Source: Eledone cirrhosa
Lineage: Eukaryota
Direction: 5' to 3'
NCBI GenBank assembly: GCA_964016885.1
Contig: OZ024742.1
Location: 112,468,001 to 112,532,000 of the forward strand
Length of the DNA: 64,000 nt
Of this stretch, positions 45,678 to 59,556 are shown piece by piece. How positions within the stretch are numbered: position 1 is the stretch's first letter; each line of letters begins with the position of its first letter. The position numbers were made by a program, and so were the translations under genes. The notes beneath the pieces were generated by a model. The model searched no databases, was not told the origin of the DNA, and worked only from the letters and a program-made list of their open reading frames with translations.

Positions 45678-45680
<3 letters not shown>
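44982..45680 (+). mobile_element. Retrozyme-like insertion of a ~423-bp unit (~1.45 tandem units) with ~75-bp 5' inversion, flanked by (TA)n
   Basis: attataataaatgttcggt at ~45058 and 45481. 44982-45058 is the reverse complement of 45108-45181. Shares motifs with the 468-bp unit. Confidence 0.75.
45351..45393 (+). ncRNA. Type I hammerhead ribozyme with one stem III mismatch
   Basis: acgttg-CTGACGA-tagc taataa gctt-GAAA-gTAG-TA^-cagcgt. A G-to-C change at 45382 would restore the ACTAGT palindrome. Confidence 0.75.
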
Positions 45681-45708
<28 letters not shown>

Positions 45709-46249
45709 TGTTACTCTTGGTTCAATAACTCGAGCAGTCGATAAGTAGGTGGGACTGTTTATGTATAGTATATGTTGTTATATATATGGTGTTATACCAT
45801 GGTCGGTTTCCCCCACAAGCAGAATATAATGTTAATAAGATGTGGTATATTATCATCATTCATTTTATTCTGGTGTGGCTTGCTTTTAACTATTCTTCAT
45901 CTGAAGGTTCGTTCTGTATAGATCGGGCTCGGCTCTGAAGTCAAAAGGTCATCAGTTATGTTGGTTCAAAAAATGATTGGAAGTACCGTGTACAGCTTTA
46001 AGAAAAAGAAAGTATATATATATATAAAAAAAATATATATATATATATACAGATAGAGGGAGAAATATCATCGACATCGGGTTAATCTGCCGTTGTTTGC
46101 TTTGATCGATTGTATTGTTTCGGGGAGAATGAAGACAATATTTTTTTTTCATTCTAATAAGAAACGGGTATATTAACAGTGAGATAAAGAAGGAAAAGAA
46201 TTAGAATTTAAATGATAAAAAAACACGCGTGTGTATTCAGTCAGACGTG

Positions 46250-48170
46250 AAGGATTGACATGGTTCTCTGTAACCTGAGATTCCACCAGCCGTCAGTTAG
46301 TGATCTCTATAATGCCAACTGGTATGCAATCATAAATGAGCTATCACATGGTGACTGGTCTTTTACACACGCAAATATCTACATTAACATCAAAACATCT
46401 GGGCAGATTTGTGTAGGCACTGCCAGAAACATTGAGCAAAACACACCGCACCCAAATAATAATGCTCTGTTTTCAGCAATACTGATATGGCCCATCAGGG
46501 TCGTATCAGTGATGTTAATCACCAACACACTAAATTGGACAGAACGTGTGGCGCCCCTGATGTCTTAGCGGCAATAAACGAAATTAAAATAATTCAGCAG
46601 TAGGCCTCAATATGTTCCCTTCTTGTGTCTTGGAGGCATGTCGACACCAACTTGCTAATATGCGGAGGAACTCACTGGATGCTGGCTACATTTCTGAAAA
46701 TGTTGTGCCCCAGTTTTCAAAAAGTGAAGCGAGCCTCTTGCAGTGAACTAGCGTCCAATCTCACTCACCTCTCACATCAACTTATTTGAAAGAGTGGTGA
46801 GATCACGAATAACTGACATTCTTGAAAGCAACACACTGCTGGACTCCAACCAACAAGGGTTCCGTAATGGAAGGGGTTACCTTATGCAGCTCCTTCATCA
46901 ATTTTATGATATTTTATGAGCTTTGGGAGAGTGCTGCAACACTGATGTCAACTACCTTGATTTCAGAAAGGCGTTTGAGAAGATTGATCACAACATTCTA
47001 CTGAACACACTATGCAACAATGGTATCTCTGGAAATGTATTGCAATGAATCAAGTGTTTTCTGAGAAACAGAGCTCAACATGTTTTAGTCTAAGGAGTAA
47101 AATCAAGCCCAGCCAAAGCTAGTAGTGGTGTACCGCAAGGCATGTGTTGGGTCCTTCTTTTAATTATGAATATAAATGATATTACTGACATCAAGCACAG
47201 CAGCATAATAATCTTTGCTGATGATTCCAAGCTCCAAACGCCATCAACGGAGTGGGCATGGGCATGCCTTCACTCAGAGCTACTCAGCGTTATCCAATGG
47301 GCGGAAAAGAACATGCCGCTGAGCGAGGATAAATTTGTGTTAAACAACTTTAAAAAGAAGAGTCAATGAAACTCTCATACTCCTTTCCTTCGGGAGAAGC
47401 TCTCTTGGCATCAAACAACATGACTTGGGATTAATTGTGGACAACAACATAAGCTGAGGAACTCATATAAACAGCAATGTTTCCATGGTCCGCAGTATGT
47501 ATTCCTCGATTCACAGAAGTTTCCAGTCGAGAGATATCCCCACCACTATCCTTCTCTTCTCTACCTTTGCCGACCCCACCTTGAATACTGTTGTCCATGG
47601 TGGTCTCCCGACGCGACAAGAGTATCATGACAATTGAAGCACCTCAAAGGTCAATTACAAAAAAGGAAAGATGACATGACAGGCATTGACTATTGGGTTC
47701 GACTAGAAAAGCTCAAACTTTATTCTCTCCATTGCTGCCGTGTATGCTACATCGTGTGAATGATCTGGAAAATATCCACCAGCATTGCGCAAAGGATTTT
47801 CGCATCCAGTTTAATGTACAGCCAAGGCCTCGGATTCGTTCTATGCTCCAACAACAACTGTCAAACTCGCATCTCATAACAACGATACGACACAATTATT
47901 TCACCGAAGTTGGCCCCTCTCTCTTTAACATTACAGCAAAACCCATTAAAACAGAAACACACCACATACATTTAGAGAAGTCTTTGGACAAATTCCTTCA
48001 AGCAATACCGGATAAACCTCGACCACTCTGATATGTCTCCGTAAACAATAACTCTCTACTTCAGTGGGCCATGTTGTCCAAATCACAATTGAAAGACTTT
48101 GCCAGATGGTGCTATTAGGTTAGACATGGCCTGGGCCAATACTGGCCGAAACCTATCAGAGTTATCAAAG
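46250..48170 (+). mobile_element. Decayed CR1-group LINE ORF2 (RT and C-terminus)
   Basis: RPISLTSH, QQGFRNGR, YLDFRKAFEKIDHNIL, SGVPQG, IFADDSKL, LGLIVDN, RPHLEYCCPWWSP, LDKFLQAIPDKP, spread across frameshifts. Confidence 0.9.
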
Positions 48171-48300
48171 TCATGCACACACACACGCACACTCAAACAC
48201 ACAAACACACATACACATATACACACACATATACACACACACTCACACACACATATACACACACGCACCCACATACACACACACACATACACACACGCAT

Positions 48301-48348
<48 letters not shown>

Positions 48349-48350
48349 CC

Positions 48351-48429
<79 letters not shown>

Positions 48430-48434
<5 letters not shown>

Positions 48435-49286
48435 AATCGATAAAACTAAATACATGACGCTTTACCCCTCTAATACAATCAGTTTACCTCTCTCTACTCT
48501 TAAAGTTCAATTAAACTACATACATGCTGCAACTTTCTCTGATATACGATTAAACTTACTAACTTTAAGAGAAAGAGAGTGAGAGGGAGAGAGAGAGAGG
48601 TAAGTTTGTTTTTGAGTGTGGAACGGTCAAACATTTATTTACTTCAATGACAAAGAGAACTAATTACATTTCATAAGAAACAACAATTATTCAAAAGCAA
48701 CAGATAACATTATTCAACAACAAAACAAATAGCGATAAATCTTTTTTAAAACATATATCAACGAACTTGGAAGAAAGAAGTATCAGTTCATTTACTATAC
48801 ACAATAATATCCTCTATGAGGTCACTAAACCTGCTAGAAACAGCAACTAACTCTCCCCCATATCACACCACTCCCTACTGTCTTAAATTTAGAAAACATA
48901 TCCTCTATGAGGTCACTAAACCTGCTAGAAATAGCAGCTAACTCTCCCCCATATCACACCCCTCCCTACTGTCTTAAATTTAGAAAACACACATTAGACA
49001 ACCATGCAGAACAACTCCATCGCAGCTCTGTTATTCGGCTGGCATCGTCTACGCGCGTGTTGCGCAAGCACTGTGAAACAATACATTTCAACACTTCTTT
49101 GTACAGAGATAATATCCATAGGCGAAATTACAATTGTCACTGCTGGTACAGCTCATGCTCCGGCAGTCCAGGTCTGCAATTCATTCACCCAGTGCCTGGC
49201 AGACAAAAAGAGCTGGCATAAAATGGGTGGTGCAACCTAACTTTGGTAACTTACTGACCCCGAGCAACGCCGGGTTTTAATGCTAG
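48430..49286 (+). mobile_element. Non-autonomous Helitron (3' end firm, 5' end uncertain) with a 91-bp internal tandem duplication
   Basis: CCCG-agcaacgc-CGGG hairpin then CTAG|T at 49283-49286, nearly identical to the reverse complement of 59557-59585. Duplication at 48808-48989. Confidence 0.65.
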
Positions 49287-50012
49287 TTATAGATAACGAG
49301 GAATCAATGATGAAATAACTATATATATATATATATATATTGGCGTGCTGCAGATTACACATATATGTATGCTGGAGAATGACATATGGACGCAATTCCT
49401 CACAAAATACTTGACGAATAATGCCTTCATATATTTAAAATTATAATTGTTGAGAAAATATGATTGTGTATCTTTCAAATCAAAATATTATTGCTAGATC
49501 TGCCTTGTTATTTTCTGTATAAGTATGATATTAATTTTCTCCTGAGTTTCTACTCTTTCTATTTAAAACATTTCCATATATTACAAGAAAATCATTCCTT
49601 TCATTCAACATCTAAATTGTTCGATATTATGTCCACGATACCCCTCTTATCCATATAATATCTTACGATCTCATTCATTGTTGCCATTCTCATAAATCTG
49701 GATAATATCGATTTATATTCCATATTATCTCCAATCCTGATATCAATACACTAAATATCTATTTATGCATTTGCTGCACTTAACTTTATAATATTTTCTT
49801 TGCTATTTTCAACAGTTATCAGTTGAGCCAGTGGCTTTGCCTTAAACTATGGCGAAGACACAAGACAATCGAGTAGTAGAACAGACACATCTTTTAGCTC
49901 CTTCAAAATTAACACACGCACGCGCATACTCGCAAATGTATCACAAACACGCAAACAAACGCGAGCACACACGCCGGGAATCATACACACATACACACAT
50001 ACGCAGACACAG

Positions 50013-50076
<64 letters not shown>

Positions 50077-51511
50077 GTGCGTGTGTGTGTGTGTGTGGTA
50101 TAAGGTACACCGAATGAGTTGTGCTATTTATTCCAGGTTTCTGCATACTCTTTTCAAATTTCGTCGTATCATCCTGGGTTGTAGTATTCCTGATCACCGG
50201 ATTAACGCCAACATCTGTCACTGAAATATCCAGGTCATGTATTTGATACTACCGTTTCACATTCCCCCATCCCGTCTCGCAAGCCGTTAAAATGTCGCTC
50301 ATCGCCTCCTTTTTTCCAACATAACCAATAATTCATATGTTCGTATTTGTGTGTACGTATGTATCCATATGGTAAACAATGTAACAGTAATCGCAGAGGA
50401 AATGCAAATATCTGTATTAATAAAACTGAATATACATTGTGTATCATATAATCGAAATATATTAAAATGCCTCGATTTCAATTCGGCTTAGGTAAGAAAA
50501 TTATTTAACAAAAAATACATCAATGGATACAATATTTATTAAAATAAATTTGCCGTAAAATACAGTATTTCACGTTGTAAATAAATGCCATGATTTTACA
50601 TGACTTTTCCCTAGACAACAGAAAACTATAAAGAAAATACAAAATAGAAAAGACAAGTAATCTAAATGTACAGATACCACCATGCATTACAAAAATATTA
50701 ACACTTCATAATTTCAATATTTGTTTTATTTTTCATATTCATTTTCATTTCAGAATTTAATAAAATTTTATAAATAAAATAAATTATCTTCACACTAAAG
50801 ATATTTAAACCAATATATTTGGTATATTAAAGAAGGATTCCAAATAATTTATATATGACCGTTCGCTGAAAGAATCAATATTATGTTGCAGTGAGTCATT
50901 CAGATTCAGAGATCACGTGCTTAAAGTGAAATATCTGTAGAATATTAAATAATCTTTATCGAAATACTCTGTGCTAAACAACAATAGACACAATGTATAT
51001 GTTGTATTTTGCACGCTGCATCACTTTTGAAAATTATTAAACATTTTATATCCCCCGATCAGAAAAATCCTGGTAAATATTCTGTTTGGTTCAGACATAT
51101 TTTGCATTGATTATGAAACACAACGTATGCATTTTCCATAAGAAAATTCATTTATATAAAAAAATGACATTTGTGATTAATCGACCACATTTGTCTCATT
51201 ATTATAATATTAGGTACGTGTCATGACTGCAACAGGCAAATGATTCTTTGTATTTAAATGTCATTATTGATTTTATGAAAAAGATTCATGAATGATAGAA
51301 GGCTTTGAGCTTCATAAACATGATAATACATTGGGCATAATACTGAACCTAATTATCAAGCACTCTGTTGCGTTTCTTTCAACATTTTTCATTCCATATA
51401 TTTAGAGTCGGCGTAATAAACCTTTACAAGAAACGCGTGTGTAAGCATCAGCAACTAATACGTTCCCTCTTTATAGAAATAATTTTTTATACATACATAC
51501 ATACATAATTG

Positions 51512-51578
<67 letters not shown>

Positions 51579-51582
51579 CCCC

Positions 51583-51636
<54 letters not shown>

Positions 51637-51846
51637 TAAATGGGAATTTCAACTTTGTCTGATTTACTCGTTTTATTTACAATCCTTTAACATGTATAAT
51701 GGTATTAGAATGAAATAGTATGGTAGAATATTAGATGTTAAGTGTTAATTGAACAAGTACTTTCATGCTTTCGCAATCTTCAGGTTCATGTTGTGTGGTG
51801 ACAGTCAAGTTTCCAATTTTCAACACAGTTGACAATTGGAAACTTA

Positions 51847-51878
<32 letters not shown>

Positions 51879-52087
51879 GAGAGAGTATATGTTGAATGTG
51901 ATATGAATTCCTATTTGTGTCTCTGCCTATATATAATCTATCAAAATATTATATTTAACGTTAACCGTTAAAATAATCAAATTAAATTAATTCAGCAAAT
52001 AAACACACATAGCAATAATAGGACGTTACCAAAGAGCCAGGAGATTGACAAGTCGACACTGAATATGACTAATAGCTCTAGGAAAGC

Positions 52088-52459
52088 CATGAACGACACC
52101 ACATTTTTTAAACTTTGATTTTGAAAGCAAGTTTATGATTATTAATTTTCATTTTACTTTCGTATTTGTCTTGGGGGAGTAGTTGGAGGAATCATAGATG
52201 GTGGTGATGCTGGTATAATGTTCGATCCTGGTCGGGAGTAGGGTTCCCGCCAAACCTTTTAAGATTTTTTCGATGCAAATTAAATACTGAAAAAGATTAC
52301 ATGTACCTCTTCGGTGGGATTGAACCCAAAGACAGGACCTCCACCATCTCTAGTACGTACGGGGAGTCCACTGTCACAGCTACGAAAATCCTATGAAAAT
52401 TCATACTTATGAACCTCCTTTCAAAGTTTTCAAAACAAAATGTAGTGGTGTCGTTCATG
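52088..52459. mobile_element. MITE-like element with ~65-bp imperfect terminal inverted repeats and an internal tRNA-like B box
   Basis: catgaacgacaccacatttt.. versus ..aaaatgtagtggtgtcgttcatg. GGGTTCAATCCCACC on the minus strand at ~52312-52327. Confidence 0.55.
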
Positions 52460-52743
52460 TCATTCTTAATGGTAGTGCTCCTACTTAAGGACGACTTCTA
52501 AATCATTTGGGTGTTCCATAAACTATATCCTCGTTTTGTTTCTGATCTATCTAGACTATATTTTAACCTGTAATCAATGTTCCATTTCTGGTGTCCCTCA
52601 TTTCTCCATCTCCCTCTCGCTCTCTCTCTCTCTCTTTCTCAATGTAATATTTAAATCTACCATGATTTGGGCTTATCTTATTCATATATACATGTTTTTT
52701 GCCTGTCAGTTAGATTCAAACTTACTATGGTCGGTATTATATC

Positions 52744-52822
<79 letters not shown>

Positions 52823-52916
52823 GAGTGCATTTATACGTGTCCATGTAAATGTGTATATCTTATTCATATATATATGTTATTGCCTGTCAGTTAGATTCAA
52901 ACTTACTTTGGTTGCC

Positions 52917-52974
<58 letters not shown>

Positions 52975-52979
<5 letters not shown>

Positions 52980-53695
52980 ATAATAATAAAATTGAAGACT
53001 AAAATCCAAAGAGGGCTCGATAAGGAAAATATATATCAAATATATAAGAACCGTAAAGCAAATATTTATTAAAATAACAGATTAAAGTTTAAGCAAAGAA
53101 TCGCTGCTTTCACCCATAACGGGATCTTCTGAAACTAACAAAGTCAATCTGTAAACGCAGAACTGGATATTTAAAAAAACATTGCAACCGGAGGAAGACA
53201 GGAAGACGATACTTTGGTTCGTGGTAACGTTCGCTGCCATTCATAAAGTAGCGGAGATTCATTTGGTCTCCTAGTTAGAATTTTAGTCTACGACTTCTGC
53301 TATACCATTTACGTAGTTTTTCTTTGCGTGCTATTGTTCCCCACGCTCCACATATGACTTACTATCTTCGTTTTTTTGATTCATTGCCAGAGAACGTCTC
53401 TATGCACCACCTAAGAGAACATTAGTCTACGACCTCTTTTATACCATAAACGTGGTTCTGTCTTTGCGCGTAAATGTTTTTCACCGCTCCTATTAATGAC
53501 GTATTATTCGTTTTTTCCCGTTCTTTGCCAGCGAACGTTACCACGAACCAAAGTATCGTTGTTCTGTCTTCCTCCGGTTGCAACGTTTTTTGAAATATCC
53601 AGTTCTGCGTTTACAGATTGACTTTGTTAGTTTCAGAAAAACCGGTTAAGGGTGAAAGCAGCGATTCTTTGCTTAAACTTTAATCTGTTATTTTA

Positions 53696-53702
<7 letters not shown>
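52975..53702 (-). mobile_element. PLE-like tail (family A) with ~175-bp inversion, in (TA)n
   Basis: 53061-53238 is the reverse complement of 53527-53702. Terminal module shared with 18441-18605. The spacer has a diverged ~138-bp direct repeat. Confidence 0.75.
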
Positions 53703-53732
<30 letters not shown>

Positions 53733-53839
53733 GTATTTTCCGTTGTGTTGTAATATAAATATTACACACAGTAGATTAACAGCTCACGTAGAGTTTGCTC
53801 GACGGTTCCAGTTGAAATTCCAAAAGTAATCCGGAGAAA

Positions 53840-56434
53840 AATAGAAAGATTTGAATGGATACAGTTTAGTTGAAAGGAATTTATTGACACGTGTTTCTAT
53901 AACAGTTACATAACCTGAAAACAGCTGCTATCTACAAAGTATTAGTGATGCAGACAAGCAATATTTCAATGTTATTATTTACTGTCATTTCATCAGAATA
54001 ATATTACTGAGGACCTGTTTGGTTTTTATAGAAAATATTAGGAGAGAGGGGTGAAGTTGTTAGAATAATAGTTGAGGGAGTGGTTTTTTGATACCAGTGA
54101 GAATTTTTGGTGGCAGTGAGTAATTAGATTCCCATCTGTTGTTTTGACATTTTTATAGAATATATTATTGGTTATTTTTCTAAATCTATAGAGGGATTAG
54201 AGATAGTAAAGATATGCGTGGTTGGTTTTGTGTTTGCACTTAATTAACATTCAGACTTAAATTTTTTTTTTCTTTTCAGTGTACGTATCCTTTCACCCAC
54301 GCATTCTCACACAAACATATTTGCACCCCTCTACAAAATACATATACTCACATTCACATAGTAACATGTTCATACTTACATACATATACACATGCATACA
54401 TATATATATACACACATGTATTCATGTACATACATACGCGTTCATGTGTGTACATTTTCATACTCAACATATCTTTATATACACACGTATAGACACACAC
54501 ATATATACATACTCTAGTCTATGTGTATATATATACATATACATATATATCTATCTATATATATATATATATATATATATATAAGCACTTTAATACATGA
54601 ATACACTTACATCTAACTATACACATCAAACATATATATATAATTACATATTTATATACATTTTCACATATATATACATACTTATGGTCGCTTTTAGACA
54701 CATTCATTATCGCATTTTTGCACCTATTCTCATCAGCATACCTTTCCATTATTAGTGTGGTAATTTGAGGTTATTAATATACATATATATGTTGAGAAGA
54801 AATTGTTTTTATATTTTTCTAACTAGATTGAGGTCTATATAGTTGGGGGGATGTCCCTCTTTTATGTAATATTCGGCTTGTAGTGGGAAAAAAGGGTTTT
54901 AGTTCGGTGACGGCAAAATAATGTTCGTTCAATTCTGTTATTCAGCAATTTCTTCTTGTGTGTGATTAGGACTAACTATAACATATGAATACAACCTTAA
55001 AGTAGTTAACTTCCTGGATGTCACACTCAATTTAAACTCTGGTCTGATTAAACCGTCTCATAAATTGAATGAAAATCTCAAATACGTAAATGTTGGGTCT
55101 AACCACCCCATCTCTATAATTAAATCTATCCCTAAAAATATTTCCATTAGAATCTCGGGTCTATCTTCTAACATACAAGTATTTAAGGAACACGCCGAAT
55201 ACTACGATAACGCCCTTAGTAAAGCAGGCCACCTCAACAAAATAGAGTATATAGATGGGAACAATCAAAACACCCAAAATAAATCCCACATAGGTAGATA
55301 TAATAACACAACACCAAACCACACTTACTACCATAGTATGCACACCAGTAAACCAACAAACAAAACTAATAGAAAGCGATGCAAAAAGTACTTATGGTAT
55401 AACCCCGAATACAATAGTTCCATTAGTACAAATTTACCAGTACTCTTCTTTAAAATAATTAAGAGGCATTTTCCTACATCACACACATACCACAAAATCC
55501 TAAACCCTACCACTATAAGACTGTCATACTCTACAGCGTTAAACCTTAAACAACACATACAAAAGATCAATACTAGAAGGTTAAACGAAAACACTAAAAA
55601 CTTAAGTACAAAGAACACAAAAAAAGCAGTAGACAATACACTACAGAACATAAATAAACCACACCTAAGTTCGTCCGCAATACTACTCCAGAGAAAACTC
55701 AACGTACACAACTGTAACTGCACCTATCCTGACAACTGCCCCCTCGGCAATAACTGCCTGGAAAAAAATATTATTTATAAGTGTACCATTAAATCCGGAG
55801 GCAACGAGTGGTATTACGTGGGATCAACGGCAACATCGTTTAAATCTCGATTATATAGGCATTCTTACTCAATAAAACACCAGAGCCAAAGAAATGTAAC
55901 AACTTTAGCAGAAAAAGCTTGGACGCTCAGGGATAGCGATCAAAATTTACCCTAAAATGGGAGAAATTAGCTAAAACCCAAAGCTTTTCCAGGAGCCAAC
56001 ATTTCTGCAAATTGTGTAATCTTGAGATTTATTACATAATCACACACAAGAAGAAATTGCTGAATAACAGAATTGAACGAACATTATTTTGCCGTCACCG
56101 AACTAAAACCCTTTTTTTCCCACTACAAGCCGAATAATACATAAAAGAGGGACATCCCCCCCAACTATATAAACCTCAATCTAGTTAGAAAAATATAAAA
56201 ACAATTTCTTCTCAACATATATATGTATATTAATAACCTCAAATTACCACACTAATAATGGAAAGATATGCTGATGAGAATAGGTACAAAAATGCGATAA
56301 TGAATGTGTCTAAAAGCGACCATAAGTATGTATACATATGTGGAAATGTATATAAATAAGTACATATATATATATGTTTGATGTGTATAGTTAGATGTAA
56401 GTGTATTCATGTATTAAAGCGCTTATATATATAT

Positions 56435-56522
<88 letters not shown>

Positions 56523-57215
56523 GTATATATATATACACATAGACTAGAGTATGTATATATGTGTGTGTCTATACGTGTGTATATAAAGATATGTTGAGTA
56601 TGAAAATGTAAACACATGAACGCGTATGTATGTACATGAATACATGTGTGTATATATATATGTATGCATGTGTATATGTATGTAAGTATGAACATGTTAC
56701 TATGTGAATGTGAGTATATGTACTTTGTAGAGGGGTGCAAATATGTTTGTGTGAGAATGCGTGGGTGAAAGGATACGTACACTGAAAAAAAAAAAAAAAA
56801 ATGTAAGTCTGAATGTTAATTAAGTGCAAATACAAAACCAACCACGCATATCTTTACTATCTCTAATCCCTCTATAGATTTAGAAAAATAACCAATAATA
56901 TATTCTATAAAAATGTCAAAACAACAGATGGGAATCTAATTACTCACTGCCACCAAAAATTCTCACTGCTATCAAAAAACCACTCCCTCAACTATTCTTC
57001 TAACAACTTCACCCCTCTCTCCTAATATTCTCTATAAAAACCAAACAGGTCCTCAGTAATATTATTCTGATGAAATGACAGTAAATAATAACATTGAAAT
57101 ATTGATTGTCTGCATAACTAATACTTTGTAGATAGCAGCTGTTTTCAGGTATGTAACTGTTATAGAAACACGTGTCAATAAATTCCTTTCAACTAAACTG
57201 TATCTATTCAAATCT

Positions 57216-57222
<7 letters not shown>
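53840..57222 (+). mobile_element. Young 5'-truncated PLE with ~1.13-kb near-perfect inverted arms (53840-54975 and 56030-57222)
   Basis: Arms match almost base for base except for microsatellite length. The spacer encodes the RT thumb, linker and GIY-YIG. Confidence 0.92.
54980..56135 (+). pseudogene. PLE ORF 3' part: RT C-terminus, Cys-rich linker, GIY-YIG endonuclease (tentatively Naiad-like), frameshifted after 55955
   Basis: VNFLDVTLNL, YVNVGSNHP, WYNPEY, HKILNPTTIRLSYS, CNC..CPLGNNCL..IIY..YYVGST..FKSRLYRH, then KWEKL..CKLCNLE and LLNNRIE..CRHR in shifted frames. Confidence 0.9.
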
Positions 57223-57285
<63 letters not shown>

Positions 57286-57369
57286 GAGTGCGTTTATATG
57301 TGTGCATGTAAATGAGTATATACATATATATATATAACATGTTTTCAACTTGTACAAAAACCCCTAAGG

Positions 57370-58800
57370 ATCTAATTGTCATTGTTTATATATGACTAGT
57401 TGGTGCACCTCTTCACAGTCATGCACTCAACAAGAGTTATCCCGAAGAACTGGAATGAAGCGAATGTTAGCGCCATCGTGAAACCCGGGAAACCAACAAG
57501 CTCCTGGCTAATTTCTCGACTCTGTACATCCTACAAACTATTTGAAAGGCTTGTATTGGTTAGAATTGGTTAGCCTGGCGCCTAATGAGACAATCTGAGC
57601 CTAAGGCTCAACAAGTCATCAAATCATAAAGGAGCTGCACTGATCAAGTCCTCGCCCTCACTACCTTCATCGAGTCTGGCTACTAGCGTGGTCTTAATAC
57701 AGGGTTTGCTCTGCTCGACCGCTTTTCTGCATAATATACTGTAGAGAGACACGGCCTCCTGAAGGCCTGTCATATCATCAAGTCACAGACAGCTGTCAAC
57801 ATCCTTCCTTCAATATTCAGTAACACAAGATGCACAGTGTCACTAGGAGGGAAATAAGTTCATCCCGGACCATGAATGATGGCTTACCTCGAGATTGCGG
57901 CCTGGAAATTATGTTCTTTATCCTCTACTTGAGTAATATGCCTAGGACAATTTCGAGGAAATTTGCATAGGCTGATGACATTGCCTTGACTACCCAATCT
58001 ACTGATTTTGATGAACTCAAATTTACACCCACAGAAGACCTGCATAAGATGGAGCATGATTATTCCTACTGACACTTTCGGCCCAACCCAAACATGACCA
58101 ATTCAACAACCTTCTATCTCACCACCAAAGAAGCTAGGATGGGACTAGAGGTCTCCGTCTGTCGTAGACCTGTAAAGAATGAACCACACCCCAGATATAT
58201 TGGTGTAATATTGGATCGCAACCTGACCAAACAAGAATACTTAAAGTGGGATGCTGGAAGTATTAATATCATCCGCAAGTTAGCAGTAAAGAGTTGGTTG
58301 TCTAATGCACACATACTCCGAACTCATGCTTAGCATTTGCATACTCAGCTGCAAAATAGTGTTCACTCATATCGACAGGGAGCTACCACGCCAAACAAGT
58401 TGACACGATCCACAACGCACTAATGAGAATAATATCTGTTACACTGAAATCTACACCTACTTAGTGGCTGCCTACATTTCTTCATATAGTTTCGTCTCTC
58501 ATGCGGCGCCAGGAGATGCTCCACTAAACAGCTCTGCTTAACAAGTATAAAGGAGACCTTCCCATCCATGAAACCCTTGAAAACCTTCCCAACATGCGCT
58601 TCAAATCAATTAAACCCTTCTGAGATTCAATGAAGAACCTTCAAGAAAACATCTTAGATCTGAAGGGAGAGTGGCGGAGATTATCGAATGAGTCTAAATT
58701 TGGGAACAAGTTCTCTTTCAAGACCCCACTCCCTTTTGTAAAGATCCTTTGAACTCTGCATGTTTGATGAGTTTGCCTCAAACTTCTCGCAACCATTTTT
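57370..58800 (+). mobile_element. Decayed Ingi/Vingi-like LINE RT
   Basis: AIVKPGKP, LCTSYKLFERLVL, SCTDQVLALTTFIESG, RKFA*ADDIAL, PRYIGVILDRNLT, NIIRKLA..W..LRT, TLKSTPT*WLP. Confidence 0.8.
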
Positions 58801-59235
58801 ACTCAGGCTACGCCAACATATTCTATTCTTTGGTAAGGATTCTTAATTTCTAATATCCATATCGAGAATTTTAATATGTTCCCTAACCACATCTTTGAAT
58901 CGTTTCTTAGGTTTATGATTTGGCTTCCTTTTATTTTAAAGCCCCTCCCTCACACCCCAAATAACAACCTATTTGGCAAGTTGCCGTCGTACATCCTGAT
59001 AACATGACCAGTCCAACTCATCTGACTGTAAATAATCAACTTTTCAATATTTCACAATTATCTTTCGTCAGTATTGTGACAAGGACATCCACATAATTAA
59101 TAAAATATGTCGAAGACAGTTTGAGGCGACGCCCTAGCCATTTCATGTGCCGCCTTAGATTGTCCATACCACAGATGCATGCAACAGATTGTACTGGGTT
59201 AGATGGAACTAGTAGCGCTTTAGAGTCAACTGACA

Positions 59236-59276
<41 letters not shown>

Positions 59277-59556
59277 AGTATGTGTGTGTGTGTGTGAGAG
59301 AGTATGTGCGTATGTGTGTGTGTGTGTGTATGTGTGTGCGTATGTGCGAGTGTGTGTATGTGCGCCTGTGGGTGAGTGTTAGTGCGTGCGCGCGCGCGTG
59401 TGTTTGTATGAATGAATATACACCTGTGTATGTGTCTCAGTACGTATATGGAAAATATTGATCTATGTTTAATTTGATTGCGTATATGTCAATGAGAATG
59501 ACAAACAGTTTTAAAAGTTTTCCAACGTACATAAACTCTGTGACATATATTATATA

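Noticed and set aside
54980-56135. Selenocysteine (UGA) recoding as reported for some Naiad PLEs
   Set aside because: The conserved Cys positions visible here are TGT/TGC; interruptions are frameshifts, not in-frame UGA.
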